A stretch of DNA of 64,000 nt from an uncultured Fidelibacterota bacterium (GTDB lineage Bacteria; Fidelibacterota; Marinisomatia; Marinisomatales; UBA1611), in NCBI GenBank assembly GCA_950068325.1, contig CATMHQ010000004.1:45-64044 (forward strand), in the 5' to 3' direction. This document shows, one piece after another, positions 50,562 to 59,628 of this stretch. A program made the translations under genes and the position numbers. Each line of letters begins with the position of its first letter. Positions within the stretch are counted from its first letter, which is position 1. Below the pieces are notes generated by a model. That model was not told the origin of the DNA and did not search any database. It was given only the letters and a program-made list of their open reading frames with translations.

Positions 50562-51596
50562 TTAATTGTGTTTTAGTATAACAGTTTCTATGGATTTCAA
50601 CCCTAAAGTACCGGTTCCATTTAACATGATTCCCACTGACCCGGGATCAAATACGGGAGCATGTCCGTGAACGACCAGTTTTTCGTCTAAATACCCTTTA
50701 AAATGGCGACCGCTTCCTATGACTTTTAGAGTAACCCAACCATCCACCTGAAGATTCTTTGAATCCATCTCGTTTCGCTTTCCGTTTTCAACTCGTCCCA
50801 AAATTATTTTTCCAAGGGATATGTCCAGGAAATCATAATGCTCCATTGATTGATAATGGTGAAAAATTGAAACGTCCCCATTGAATTCACTTACATCCAA
50901 TATTACTTCAACTTGAACGTCTGCGACTGGTTTATTCAACATAAAAGAAACAGGATGACTGATGACAATAAACCCATTCTTTTCCGAATCTGATTTTATA
51001 TCATTGGAATTTCCCTCAATAAAATAAAATTCGGAAAAGTCATTTTGATCATTCTCAAATTGTGGTTCCCAACTCCATGAACCATCAGGATTCGTCATAA
51101 TTGCAGAAACCTGCTCAATGGTTTGGGGAATGACAGGCTTATCTTTCGGCAGAGAAACACCCGTCCCAAAACGATAGACCAATTGACCGCCATGGTCTGC
51201 CGTAACGATGAGAAATCCAACATTCACCAGAGATAAAGCCAAAACAGCCCAAGGTAAAAAAGATAAGGATTTAGACCGCAACCACAGCCCATATAAAAGG
51301 GAAACTACTATAGAAATACTCAATGTCCACAATGCCAAATCCGCATGGTCCGATAGAACAAGGTTCGCTTGGGCGGACACAGAAACAGTATCGGCCGCCT
51401 GTCGTCCAGATAAAAATGCACCTGCGGAACTGACCGTGGCAGCCAAATAAAATATTCCAATTTGAATTTTAAAATCATCCGTTCGTTTTAAGAATACACA
51501 AACCAAATGCACTACAAATCCCAATGGTATAAGTACGATTGGAAAATGGACAATAATAGGATGAATATTGGGCATAAAAACAAGTAAGTCCATCAT
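50562..51596 (-). CDS. DUF2231 membrane domain fused to a C-terminal beta-sandwich (LamG/DUF1080-like) domain
   Basis: 344 aa. The N-terminal ~150 aa has HPIIVHFPIVLIPLGF and DHGGQLVYRFGTGV, which are DUF2231 hallmarks. The C-terminal ~190 aa has lectin-fold-like periodicity (WVTLKVIGSGRHFKGYLDEKLVVHG...GSVGIMLNG). The fold call for the C-terminal part is inference. Confidence 0.65.
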   Translation of the reverse strand: MMDLLVFMPNIHPIIVHFPIVLIPLGFVVHLVCVFLKRTDDFKIQIGIFYLAATVSSAGAFLSGRQAADTVSVSAQANLVLSDHADLALWTLSISIVVSLLYGLWLRSKSLSFLPWAVLALSLVNVGFLIVTADHGGQLVYRFGTGVSLPKDKPVIPQTIEQVSAIMTNPDGSWSWEPQFENDQNDFSEFYFIEGNSNDIKSDSEKNGFIVISHPVSFMLNKPVADVQVEVILDVSEFNGDVSIFHHYQSMEHYDFLDISLGKIILGRVENGKRNEMDSKNLQVDGWVTLKVIGSGRHFKGYLDEKLVVHGHAPVFDPGSVGIMLNGTGTLGLKSIETVILKHN

Positions 51597-52060
51597 ACCG
51601 GTCTACTCGCTGATTGGGTATGCACCACTTTCCAAGATCCGTTAATCCAGCGAAGTAAATATGTACCGTGCCCTTTATTATGTATTTTTCGACCACTCGT
51701 TGTGGTGAGTTTAATTTCAGTATCCACAACTGCCCAGGCAAAATTTCCTTCAAAATGTGTTTGTATATTTGTGAATCCTAATTTCAGACCCAATTCAGCT
51801 TCCGGCTCTACATGATTCACAATCAAATCTTCGAGACCAACATTTTGACCGCCTCCTTCAAAATATCTGGCACCATCCCAATCCAGAAAATGTTTATAGA
51901 AAGCTGTGCCATCTCCATTTTCCCAACCAATTCGTATATCATTAACAATATTTTCTATCAATCTTTCATTTTGATCAGCCGTATTATTTTCACACCCGAA
52001 TATCATCAATGTAATAATTAACAGTAGGCTATTTTTCATTTTCAACTCCATATTTCTCAA
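51593..52060 (-). CDS. SnoaL/DUF4440-like (NTF2 fold) lipoprotein
   Basis: 155 aa. A lipobox (LMIFGCEN) and WENGDGTAFYKHF ... GTYLLRWINGSWKVVHTQ are typical of DUF4440/NTF2-like proteins. It overlaps both neighbours by 4 nt. Confidence 0.55.
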   Translation of the reverse strand: MRNMELKMKNSLLLIITLMIFGCENNTADQNERLIENIVNDIRIGWENGDGTAFYKHFLDWDGARYFEGGGQNVGLEDLIVNHVEPEAELGLKLGFTNIQTHFEGNFAWAVVDTEIKLTTTSGRKIHNKGHGTYLLRWINGSWKVVHTQSASRPV

Positions 52061-55000
52061 GTGATTTCTTTTTCTCTTATAAACGAATAAAGAATCGGGA
52101 CAACAAAAGTTGTCAAAATCGCAAAAACCATTCCACCAAAAGATGGGATTGCCATGGGAATCATTACATCGGCGCCACGACCCGTTGACGTAAGTACGGG
52201 AATCAGTGCTAAAATGGTAGTGGCAACGGTCATCATGGCCGGACGGATTCTGCGCTCACCTGCAAAAACAACTGCTTCGCGAATATCTTTAATTGTGTCT
52301 GGTTTCCGCTGCTCAAAACTTTGGTCCAAATAGGTGCTGATAATAACGCCATTGTCACTAGCAATGCCGAATAAAGCCAGGAATCCTACCCATACAGCCA
52401 CACTTAAATTAACAGGATGCACCTGAAATAAATCTCGCATATTTTCTCCCAAAATACTAAAGTTCAAAAACCAGTCTTGGCCATATAACCATAGCATTGT
52501 AAATCCACCAGACCAGGCAACAAAAATTCCACTAAATACTATTATTGTGGTAGATACTCGCTTAAACTGAAAGTATAGTATTAAAAAGATAATTCCTAAT
52601 GCCAAGGGCAATACTACTGCCAATTTCTTGGATGCACGGATCTGGTTTTCATAACTACCTGCAAAAGTAAAACTGACCCCATTGGGAACTTTTATTGTTC
52701 CATTTTGAATTAATTCATTCAAATATCCTTGGGCTGATTCCACTGCATCCACTTCCGCCCATTCATTTTGTTTATCAAAAAGAACATAACCCATTTTGAA
52801 TGTGTCTTCACTTTTGATCACTTGCGGCCCGCGGACATAATTCACATCTGCCAATTGAATCAATGGAATTTGTGCACCACTTGGTGTTGGGATCAGAATA
52901 TTGTCCAGTGATTCAATTTTATCTCGGAATTCACGCATATATCGAACCCGAACCGGATAGCGCTCCCGTCCCTCCACAGTCGTTGTAATGGTCATACCGC
53001 CCACCGCAACTTCAATGGCATGTTGTACTTGCTGTAAAGCAATACCATAACGGGCAATGGATTTTCGATCAATATCAATTTCAAGATAAGGCTTTCCTAC
53101 GATCCTGTCTGCAAAAACCATATCTGCCTTCACGCCCGGTGCATTTTTCAAATGTTTTTCTAACACCAATCCGAAAGATTCAATGGATTCCAGATCGGGT
53201 CCTTTCACTTTGATTCCCATAGGTGCCCGCATCCCACTCTGGAGCATGACCAATCGTGTAGAAATGGGCTGCAGTTTCGGTGCAGATGTTGTCCCTGGAA
53301 TTTGCGCCACCTTCACCAATTCATCCCAAATATCATCGGATGAACGAATATGGTCCCGCCACAAACGAATCGTTTCTCCATTCTTATCCATACCATATTC
53401 AGGTTTATAGGCCACAATGGATTCCACCATGCTCAACGGAGCCGGATCCAAGGGTGAATCCACACGTCCGATCTTGCCCACAACCGATTCTACTTCCGGC
53501 ACAGAATACAGTGCCTTATCCAATATTTGCAACACATCAATGGATTCTTCCATTCCTGCATGGGGCATGGTGGTTGGCATATACAAAAACGATCCTTCAT
53601 CCAGGGGCGGCATAAATTCTTTTCCTAAACCGGGAAATGCATGATTCATGGCTACCATAGGAGAAGAAGATTGGATGAATTTCGGCAGCCATCCTGTAAA
53701 AGTCCCAAAACCGAGCCAGACAACCAACCCGAATGCTGTTACGAATCCCGGCAAGGATAATGCTTTGGCTTTATGATCAAGTGCCCAGCGAAGGATTCGG
53801 GGATACACTTTTGTAAAGGCAGTGATTCCGCCCATGATCAGGCCAATCAATAACACCACAAATATCAAATTAAAGAAGAACCCTTTTATCAACCCGAGAG
53901 GCGCCCAAGTGCCGGATAAAATAAGGATGACCAAGAAAATGACTATTCCATTACCCAACCACGGGTAGCGCTTCAATATATCTAATTCTAATCTGAATGC
54001 GGGCTTTTTCTTTTTCCCCAGCAGCAAATTGGCTAATACGGGTAATATGGTTAATGCAATAATGACGGATGCAACGAGAGCAAAGGTTTTCGTATAAGCC
54101 AAAGGTTTGAACAATTTTCCTTCTGCGCCCATCATAGTAAAAACAGGCAGAAAACTAATTACCGTTGTGGAAACTGCCGTTATGACAGCGCCACCCACTT
54201 CGGAGACAGCTTTAATAATTACATCCTTTGTTTTCTCTTTTGATTTCTCCAAATGACGAAGAATGTTTTCCGTGACCACGATACCCATATCCACAATGGT
54301 TCCGATGGCAATTGCAATTCCCGATAATGCCACAATATTGGCATCCACCTTGAATAATTTCATACCGATAAAAACAACCAGGACCGTCAATGGCAACATG
54401 CTCGAAATGAGCAATGATGAACGAAAATGCATGACCATGATCAAAATCACAATGATGGTGATCAATATTTCATCCCGCAATGCATGGTTCAATGTGTCCA
54501 GTGTTTCATAAATCAGGCCTGTACGGTCGTAAAATGGTACAATCATAACTTGACTCACCGTTCCGTCAGCAAGCGTTTTTGAAGGCAATCCCGGTGATAT
54601 CTCTTTTATTTTTTCTTTCACGCTTTTGATGGTTGCTAATGGATTTTCTCCATAACGCGCCACCACGACACCACCCACAGCCTCTGCACCCTCTTTATCA
54701 AGCACACCACGACGCAAGGCTGGCCCCAGCGCAACATGAGCCACATCCTTTATATAAATGGGCACATTATTTTCAGATTTCACCACAGTGTATTCGATAT
54801 CTTCCAAGGATTTGATAAAACCCAAACCGCGCACCATATATTCCACGCGATTCACTTCAATCGTCCGTGCCCCCACATCTAAATTGGATTGGCGTACTGC
54901 ATTAAAAACATCTGTCAACTGAATACCGTGTTCCCGCATAGCGATTGGATTTACATCAATTTGATATTCTTTTACAAATCCGCCAATAGATGCCACTTCT

Positions 55001-55578
55001 GCTACACCATTCGCTGACTGCAAGGCATAACGCACGGTCCAATCCTGAATGCTGCGAAGTTCCTGCAGATCCCATCCACCCGTTGGATTTCCGTCTTTAT
55101 CCTGCCCTTCCAATGTGTACCAGAATACTTGCCCAAGTGCTGTCGCATCGGGCCCTAATGTGGGTTGAACATTTTGTGGCAAGGTCCCGGATGGAAGTGA
55201 ATTCAATTTCTCCAGGATTCGTGAACGGGACCAGTAGAATTCCGCATTTTCATTAAAAATGACGTAGATTGTTGAAAAGCCAAACATGGAAAATGAGCGA
55301 ACCGTTTTTACATCCGGAACACCCAAAAGGGCCGTTGTGAGGGGATAAGTGATTTGGTCTTCAATATCCTGTGGGCTCCGCCCCGGCCATTTCGTAAACA
55401 CGATTTGTTGATTTTCGCCAATATCAGGTATGGCATCAACCGGAATTGGATCTCGGGGTAGATCGCCCAATTTCCAATCAAATGGTGCCACCATGATGCC
55501 CCACAGCACCACAGCCGTGAGGAATATCCCAACAACCAATGGATTATTAAGACAATATTTTATGAGTTTATTTAACAT
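52057..55578 (-). CDS. heavy-metal-efflux (HME) family RND permease, CusA/CzcA-like, long form
   Basis: 1173 aa. MLNKLIKYCLNNPLVVGIFL..., DAIPDIGENQQIVFTKWPGRSPQDIEDQITYPLT, and the TM4 region GIAIAIGTIVDMGIVVTEN are present. An insert with extra hydrophobic helices occupies roughly residues 515-640. Confidence 0.93.
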   Translation of the reverse strand: MLNKLIKYCLNNPLVVGIFLTAVVLWGIMVAPFDWKLGDLPRDPIPVDAIPDIGENQQIVFTKWPGRSPQDIEDQITYPLTTALLGVPDVKTVRSFSMFGFSTIYVIFNENAEFYWSRSRILEKLNSLPSGTLPQNVQPTLGPDATALGQVFWYTLEGQDKDGNPTGGWDLQELRSIQDWTVRYALQSANGVAEVASIGGFVKEYQIDVNPIAMREHGIQLTDVFNAVRQSNLDVGARTIEVNRVEYMVRGLGFIKSLEDIEYTVVKSENNVPIYIKDVAHVALGPALRRGVLDKEGAEAVGGVVVARYGENPLATIKSVKEKIKEISPGLPSKTLADGTVSQVMIVPFYDRTGLIYETLDTLNHALRDEILITIIVILIMVMHFRSSLLISSMLPLTVLVVFIGMKLFKVDANIVALSGIAIAIGTIVDMGIVVTENILRHLEKSKEKTKDVIIKAVSEVGGAVITAVSTTVISFLPVFTMMGAEGKLFKPLAYTKTFALVASVIIALTILPVLANLLLGKKKKPAFRLELDILKRYPWLGNGIVIFLVILILSGTWAPLGLIKGFFFNLIFVVLLIGLIMGGITAFTKVYPRILRWALDHKAKALSLPGFVTAFGLVVWLGFGTFTGWLPKFIQSSSPMVAMNHAFPGLGKEFMPPLDEGSFLYMPTTMPHAGMEESIDVLQILDKALYSVPEVESVVGKIGRVDSPLDPAPLSMVESIVAYKPEYGMDKNGETIRLWRDHIRSSDDIWDELVKVAQIPGTTSAPKLQPISTRLVMLQSGMRAPMGIKVKGPDLESIESFGLVLEKHLKNAPGVKADMVFADRIVGKPYLEIDIDRKSIARYGIALQQVQHAIEVAVGGMTITTTVEGRERYPVRVRYMREFRDKIESLDNILIPTPSGAQIPLIQLADVNYVRGPQVIKSEDTFKMGYVLFDKQNEWAEVDAVESAQGYLNELIQNGTIKVPNGVSFTFAGSYENQIRASKKLAVVLPLALGIIFLILYFQFKRVSTTIIVFSGIFVAWSGGFTMLWLYGQDWFLNFSILGENMRDLFQVHPVNLSVAVWVGFLALFGIASDNGVIISTYLDQSFEQRKPDTIKDIREAVVFAGERRIRPAMMTVATTILALIPVLTSTGRGADVMIPMAIPSFGGMVFAILTTFVVPILYSFIREKEIT

Positions 55579-55625
55579 AGTTTTTTTCTTTATGAATTCA
55601 ATTATTTACACAAACATTGAGAAAA

Positions 55626-55682
55626 TGTCATATTGAGCTTGACGAAATGGACATTTTATCCTTCGTCAGGCTCAGGATGACA
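55626..55682. repeat. palindromic extragenic repeat (TGTCAyyCTGAGCyTGACGAA arms) in the adaptor-pump spacer
   Basis: The left arm is tgtcatattgagcttgacgaa (55626-55646). The right arm is ttcgtcaggctcaggatgaca (55662-55682), whose reverse complement tgtcatcctgagcctgacgaa matches the left arm at 18 of 21 positions. Confidence 0.6.
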
Positions 55683-55697
55683 GAGTATTTCCTTTAC

Positions 55698-57668
55698 CTA
55701 CTTTTTTCCATCAAACTCTCTCTTCACTTCGCCACATTTCAACATACCCGCGCCAAAATATGGATTATTCACATCCTTCTCCTTGCTCAACCAGGAAGCC
55801 CCTGTATTATTGAAGGCCATGGGACAAAATATTTCATAATAAGATTCTTCCGATTCATGACCAAAGAACTGTTCCAACACCAACATGGATTGGCTCACGC
55901 CCTTAAATGATGACCGAATGTCATCGATACTTTTCCAATGTTGTGCGTGTTCGGTATCTGAAATGAGTTTGTCTCTGATTTCATTCCATTTTTCAGTTGC
56001 CTTTTCTGATAAATCAAATGATTTCGGAATTGTTGCTGACAAAACAATATTCATGGCAAATAAGGCTGTTTTTGATTCTTTAAAATCGTCTTTTACCAAA
56101 GCTGCTTGAGAAATAAAATAGGCATCTATAATGAGTGATTTTGCTTTTTGAAATGGTGCAGTGGATTCATAGTTTTCCATTGTTTGGATTTGTTTACTCG
56201 GCATACTTCCACCATGATTATGCCCCATTCCTGATGGGCCGCCACTGGGATTCATCATGCTGGGTTTCGCAGCAATCTGCATGGCGCTATCAATTTTAAA
56301 ATTGCCTTTCCTTACAACAAGTTCCCCTTCCTTGAGTCCATATTTAACGATATACTGATCTCCTACCCGAGATCCCAATACAACTTCGCGACCTTCAAAA
56401 GTGGGATCAGTTCCGGGGATTTGCACATAAACGATGGCGCGATTTCCTGTCTTTAAAACTGCACTGGCTGGAATGAGCAAATTTTCTTGTTTTTGTCCTG
56501 ATGTGTTGATAAGTCCCATGGATTCAGATTTGACCAAATCCATTCCACAAACTTCACAATCGCCCTTTTGGTCTCGAACGACTTCGGGATGCATGGGGCA
56601 AATCCACTTATTCGCCAATTCAGGATTAATGGCTTTTCCATCACCATCAAGCGTTGCTTGAATGGTGCCTTGAACGAACATACCCGGTTTGATCAATCCA
56701 TCAGGGTTTTGCACATTCATTCGTACTTTAACAGTTCGTGTTTTTGCGTCCAAAACCGGATCAATAAAAGCAATGTGACCTTTAAAAGTCTCCCCAGGAA
56801 TGGCTTCCGCGGAAAAAGTGATATTTTGCCCAAAAGCGAGCCAGGGTAAATCCGATTCATAAGCGTCAAAAATGACCCAGACACGACTCAAATCTGCGAT
56901 GGTATAAATATTGGTGCCTGTTTTAACATAAGCACCTTCTACACCATTTTTTTGGATCACAACACCGGTCATTGGACTATAAACAGTAATAAGATTTGTC
57001 GGCGATTCAGAAGATTCAATTTTTTTAATCTGTTTATCCAGTAAACCCATTAATCGCAGTTTTTCTCTCGATGCGGCCAAAGTTGCTTTCACATTTTTCT
57101 GTCCGAATGCAGATTGCCCTGAACTGGATTCAACCAACTTCCGGGCTTGGATTAGTTCTTCCTGTGCTGTATAAACTTCAGGACTATACAATTCCATCAT
57201 GTGGTCACCTTTATTCACGGTAATTCCTGTATAATCCACAAACATACGTTCCAACCTTCCTGGAACCCATGCCGTGATATTCCTGATTCGTGATTCATCA
57301 TATTCCACTTTCCCTGATAAATGAATTTCCATTTTCGCAATCCCATAGGCAGCTGGTATTGTCTCAATTGATGCCAATTTCATTGCACTTTCTGACATGG
57401 ATAATTGATTCGGTTGTAAACTTCCACTTTCCGATTCCAGAGGAATGAGATCCATAAAACAAATGGGACATTGACCCGATTCCGGGAGTTGGACATTGGG
57501 ATGCATGGAACAGGTCCAAACCTGGGTTTCACTTGAATGGGATTCATTGTTTGTGGCAACTTTAGCGGTTGAATCGCCATTGGGAATCCACAGTCCCAAG
57601 AAAAATGCAATTAGGATCAACCCAATTGTAATTTTGTTATTTTTTAAAATATTCATAAAGTTCTCCAT
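55698..57668 (-). CDS. efflux RND periplasmic adaptor with two Cys-rich heavy-metal-binding domains and a DUF3347-like C-terminal extension
   Basis: 656 aa. The two metal-binding modules are WTCSMHPNVQLPESGQCPICFMDL and WICPMHPEVVRDQKGDCEVCGMDL. It has an HlyD/CusB-like barrel-sandwich and beta-barrel core. The C-terminal ~170 aa ends FCPMAFNNTGASWLSKEKDVNNPYFGAGMLKCGEV. Confidence 0.85.
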   Translation of the reverse strand: MENFMNILKNNKITIGLILIAFFLGLWIPNGDSTAKVATNNESHSSETQVWTCSMHPNVQLPESGQCPICFMDLIPLESESGSLQPNQLSMSESAMKLASIETIPAAYGIAKMEIHLSGKVEYDESRIRNITAWVPGRLERMFVDYTGITVNKGDHMMELYSPEVYTAQEELIQARKLVESSSGQSAFGQKNVKATLAASREKLRLMGLLDKQIKKIESSESPTNLITVYSPMTGVVIQKNGVEGAYVKTGTNIYTIADLSRVWVIFDAYESDLPWLAFGQNITFSAEAIPGETFKGHIAFIDPVLDAKTRTVKVRMNVQNPDGLIKPGMFVQGTIQATLDGDGKAINPELANKWICPMHPEVVRDQKGDCEVCGMDLVKSESMGLINTSGQKQENLLIPASAVLKTGNRAIVYVQIPGTDPTFEGREVVLGSRVGDQYIVKYGLKEGELVVRKGNFKIDSAMQIAAKPSMMNPSGGPSGMGHNHGGSMPSKQIQTMENYESTAPFQKAKSLIIDAYFISQAALVKDDFKESKTALFAMNIVLSATIPKSFDLSEKATEKWNEIRDKLISDTEHAQHWKSIDDIRSSFKGVSQSMLVLEQFFGHESEESYYEIFCPMAFNNTGASWLSKEKDVNNPYFGAGMLKCGEVKREFDGKK

Positions 57669-57682
57669 TAAGGTTTATAATC

Positions 57683-57749
57683 TGTCACCCTGAGCTTGAC
57701 GAAGGGTGAAAAACTATGATAGTAATGCTTCGTCTGGCTCAGCATGACA
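57683..57749. repeat. palindromic extragenic repeat, second copy, in the TolC-adaptor spacer
   Basis: The left arm is tgtcaccctgagcttgacgaagg (57683-57705), with an internal TCACCC/GGGTGA hairpin. The right arm is cttcgtctggctcagcatgaca (57728-57749). It belongs to the same family as 55626-55682. Confidence 0.6.
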
Positions 57750-57771
57750 ATAATTGTAGTTTTTATAATTC

Positions 57772-59040
57772 TCATGATATTTTCTCCCCTGTCAAATTAG
57801 ACAGTTTAGATTTTGCTTTTAAAAAATTGATAAGTGCTTTTTCATATTTCATCTGAAATTTGAGCAAGCGTCGTTGTGCATCAACGAGAGAAAGAAAGTC
57901 GATTTTATCTGCACGATATGCTTTCTCGGTCGCCCCAAGTGATTCCAGCCCTTTCGGAATGAGTACATTTTGATATAGCTGAATCTGACGGTTGGATTCT
58001 TCTAATTCATATAGAACCCTTTCCAATTTTGCTTCTAATTCATTTTGTATTGAAATATTTTTTTGCTGTACTGATTCCAGACTGAGATTGGCGGATTTAA
58101 TGGCAGATTTATTTTTACCAAACCAGAGTGGAATATCAAAGGACACTTTTGCCACCAAAGGATCTTTACCACTGAATTTGTTTTCAGGCTTTACACCGGT
58201 TCCGATTTTTTCCATTCCAACTCCAAAATCTGGCATTCGATTTAATTTTACTCTTTTCAATCGTGCTTTGCTCATCTCAAATTCAGCAGTTGCCATCATT
58301 AAATCAGGGTTTGAGTCTTTAATCATACCGAGAAGTATGTTTCTATTTATTTCTGTCAATGTGAATGATAATGAATCAGGTACACTAATTTCCAAGAGAT
58401 CCTGTTCATTTATGAGACTTCGAAACGATTCCAATAAAGGTCGTTTTTGATTTTCCAATGACAATAATTCATCTTCCAACTGAATCAGTTCAATCTGGGT
58501 TTTGATGAGATCCGGGTGCCCTGTTCTGGAGGTGATATATTTTGAACGAATGACAGAATCCCAGTTTTGGATTAATTCAAAATTCTGTTGCGTTAAATCC
58601 GTAATGCGCATCAAATAATATTGATCATACCAAACATTTCGGATTTCATGAGTTATAGCCAATCGCTTTTTCTCTAATTGAGAAAATGCCATTTCTGCCC
58701 GAGCTGTTTGCGCATTTCCATTTGCTTTTCGTTTTCCAAACCAGGGAATTTTTTGCATAATCCCGATTTTGGTTTCCTGGGGACCAGCAGCTGTTTGCAC
58801 ACTTTCCAGAAAATATCCGAAACTAATGGTTGGATTAGGTAAACCTTTCGAATATCTAACCTTTGCTTCAGCCGCTTTCCATTGCTTAAATGCTTGTTTG
58901 ATGGATGGATTATTCTCTAATCCTGCATGGATGTAGCCATCCAGTATTTCATTCGAGTCAGTGGTCTGAGAAAAAATCAGATTGACCAAAACAAAAAGTC
59001 CAATGGTGTAATTTATTTTTAATTTATGAAACGATTTCAT
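57772..59040 (-). CDS. TolC-family outer-membrane efflux protein
   Basis: It has a signal peptide and two OEP-type helical/beta repeats. I start it at ATG 59040 (MKSFHKLKINYTIGLFVLVNLIFSQ), which is preceded by AAGGAG at a 5-nt spacing. The track's start is 59079. Confidence 0.85.
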   Translation of the reverse strand: MKSFHKLKINYTIGLFVLVNLIFSQTTDSNEILDGYIHAGLENNPSIKQAFKQWKAAEAKVRYSKGLPNPTISFGYFLESVQTAAGPQETKIGIMQKIPWFGKRKANGNAQTARAEMAFSQLEKKRLAITHEIRNVWYDQYYLMRITDLTQQNFELIQNWDSVIRSKYITSRTGHPDLIKTQIELIQLEDELLSLENQKRPLLESFRSLINEQDLLEISVPDSLSFTLTEINRNILLGMIKDSNPDLMMATAEFEMSKARLKRVKLNRMPDFGVGMEKIGTGVKPENKFSGKDPLVAKVSFDIPLWFGKNKSAIKSANLSLESVQQKNISIQNELEAKLERVLYELEESNRQIQLYQNVLIPKGLESLGATEKAYRADKIDFLSLVDAQRRLLKFQMKYEKALINFLKAKSKLSNLTGEKIS

Positions 59041-59140
59041 AATTCTCCTTAATTCATTAATGACTATAATAGCCGCCAAGATTCATGCAAGATGCACGGA
59101 TCCTGTCAACGGTAATTTCCGTTTTAGAAAAAGGAGATTT

Positions 59141-59512
59141 TTAAATCAGGAGGGGTAAATGAAAATTGGGCGGGTGATGATTTTGAAAATGCTCAATTTG
59201 ATTAACGGATTGTTTCGGCGCATTTTCAAAAAAGGAATGTGTTTGTCCAACCATAGAAATATCCATATGGGTCTGCCCGTCAATCTCATTTAACGGTGCA
59301 GCAATGAGCGGCACAAAAGTACTCATTTCGCAATTGGCCATTTCCATGGGACAATCCATGGGCTTGTCTCTTTCACAGCAGGACAATTCAATCTGCTCAC
59401 AACAGGGCATGGCGCAATTTTCCATAGAAAACAGCGGGGTAACTGTCATGATGCCCACGAGCAGGATTGAGATTATTGATATGATTGTTTTACACATTGG
59501 GCGAATATACAA
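59141..59512 (-). CDS. small exported or membrane-anchored Cys/Met/His-rich protein, first gene of the efflux operon
   Basis: 123 aa. It has an N-terminal hydrophobic helix, then ENCAMPCCEQIELSCCERDKPMDCPMEMANCEMS (7 Cys and 5 Met in 34 residues). The C-terminal part is His-rich (HMD, HSF, EHFQNHHPPNFH). I recognise no family. Confidence 0.5.
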   Translation of the reverse strand: MYIRPMCKTIISIISILLVGIMTVTPLFSMENCAMPCCEQIELSCCERDKPMDCPMEMANCEMSTFVPLIAAPLNEIDGQTHMDISMVGQTHSFFENAPKQSVNQIEHFQNHHPPNFHLPLLI

Positions 59513-59588
59513 TAAATTTCCACAAAAGTTCCAAGTGTTTTATTTGGCTGAAATTTCTCGATTATTTTGATACTTTTTGTAAATGTAA

Positions 59589-59623
59589 AATCTTTGCGGA
59601 AGATTGAAACTTCCCCAAAGATT
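59589..59623 (-). terminator. 13-bp stem-loop 5 nt past the isochorismatase-family stop (terminator or palindromic operator)
   Basis: In minus sense: AATCTTTGgGGAAG-tttcaat-CTTCCgCAAAGATT, with one G-G mismatch, followed by ttacattt. The U tract is weak, so it could also be a regulator binding site upstream of the metal operon. Confidence 0.4.
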
Positions 59624-59628
59624 AGAAA

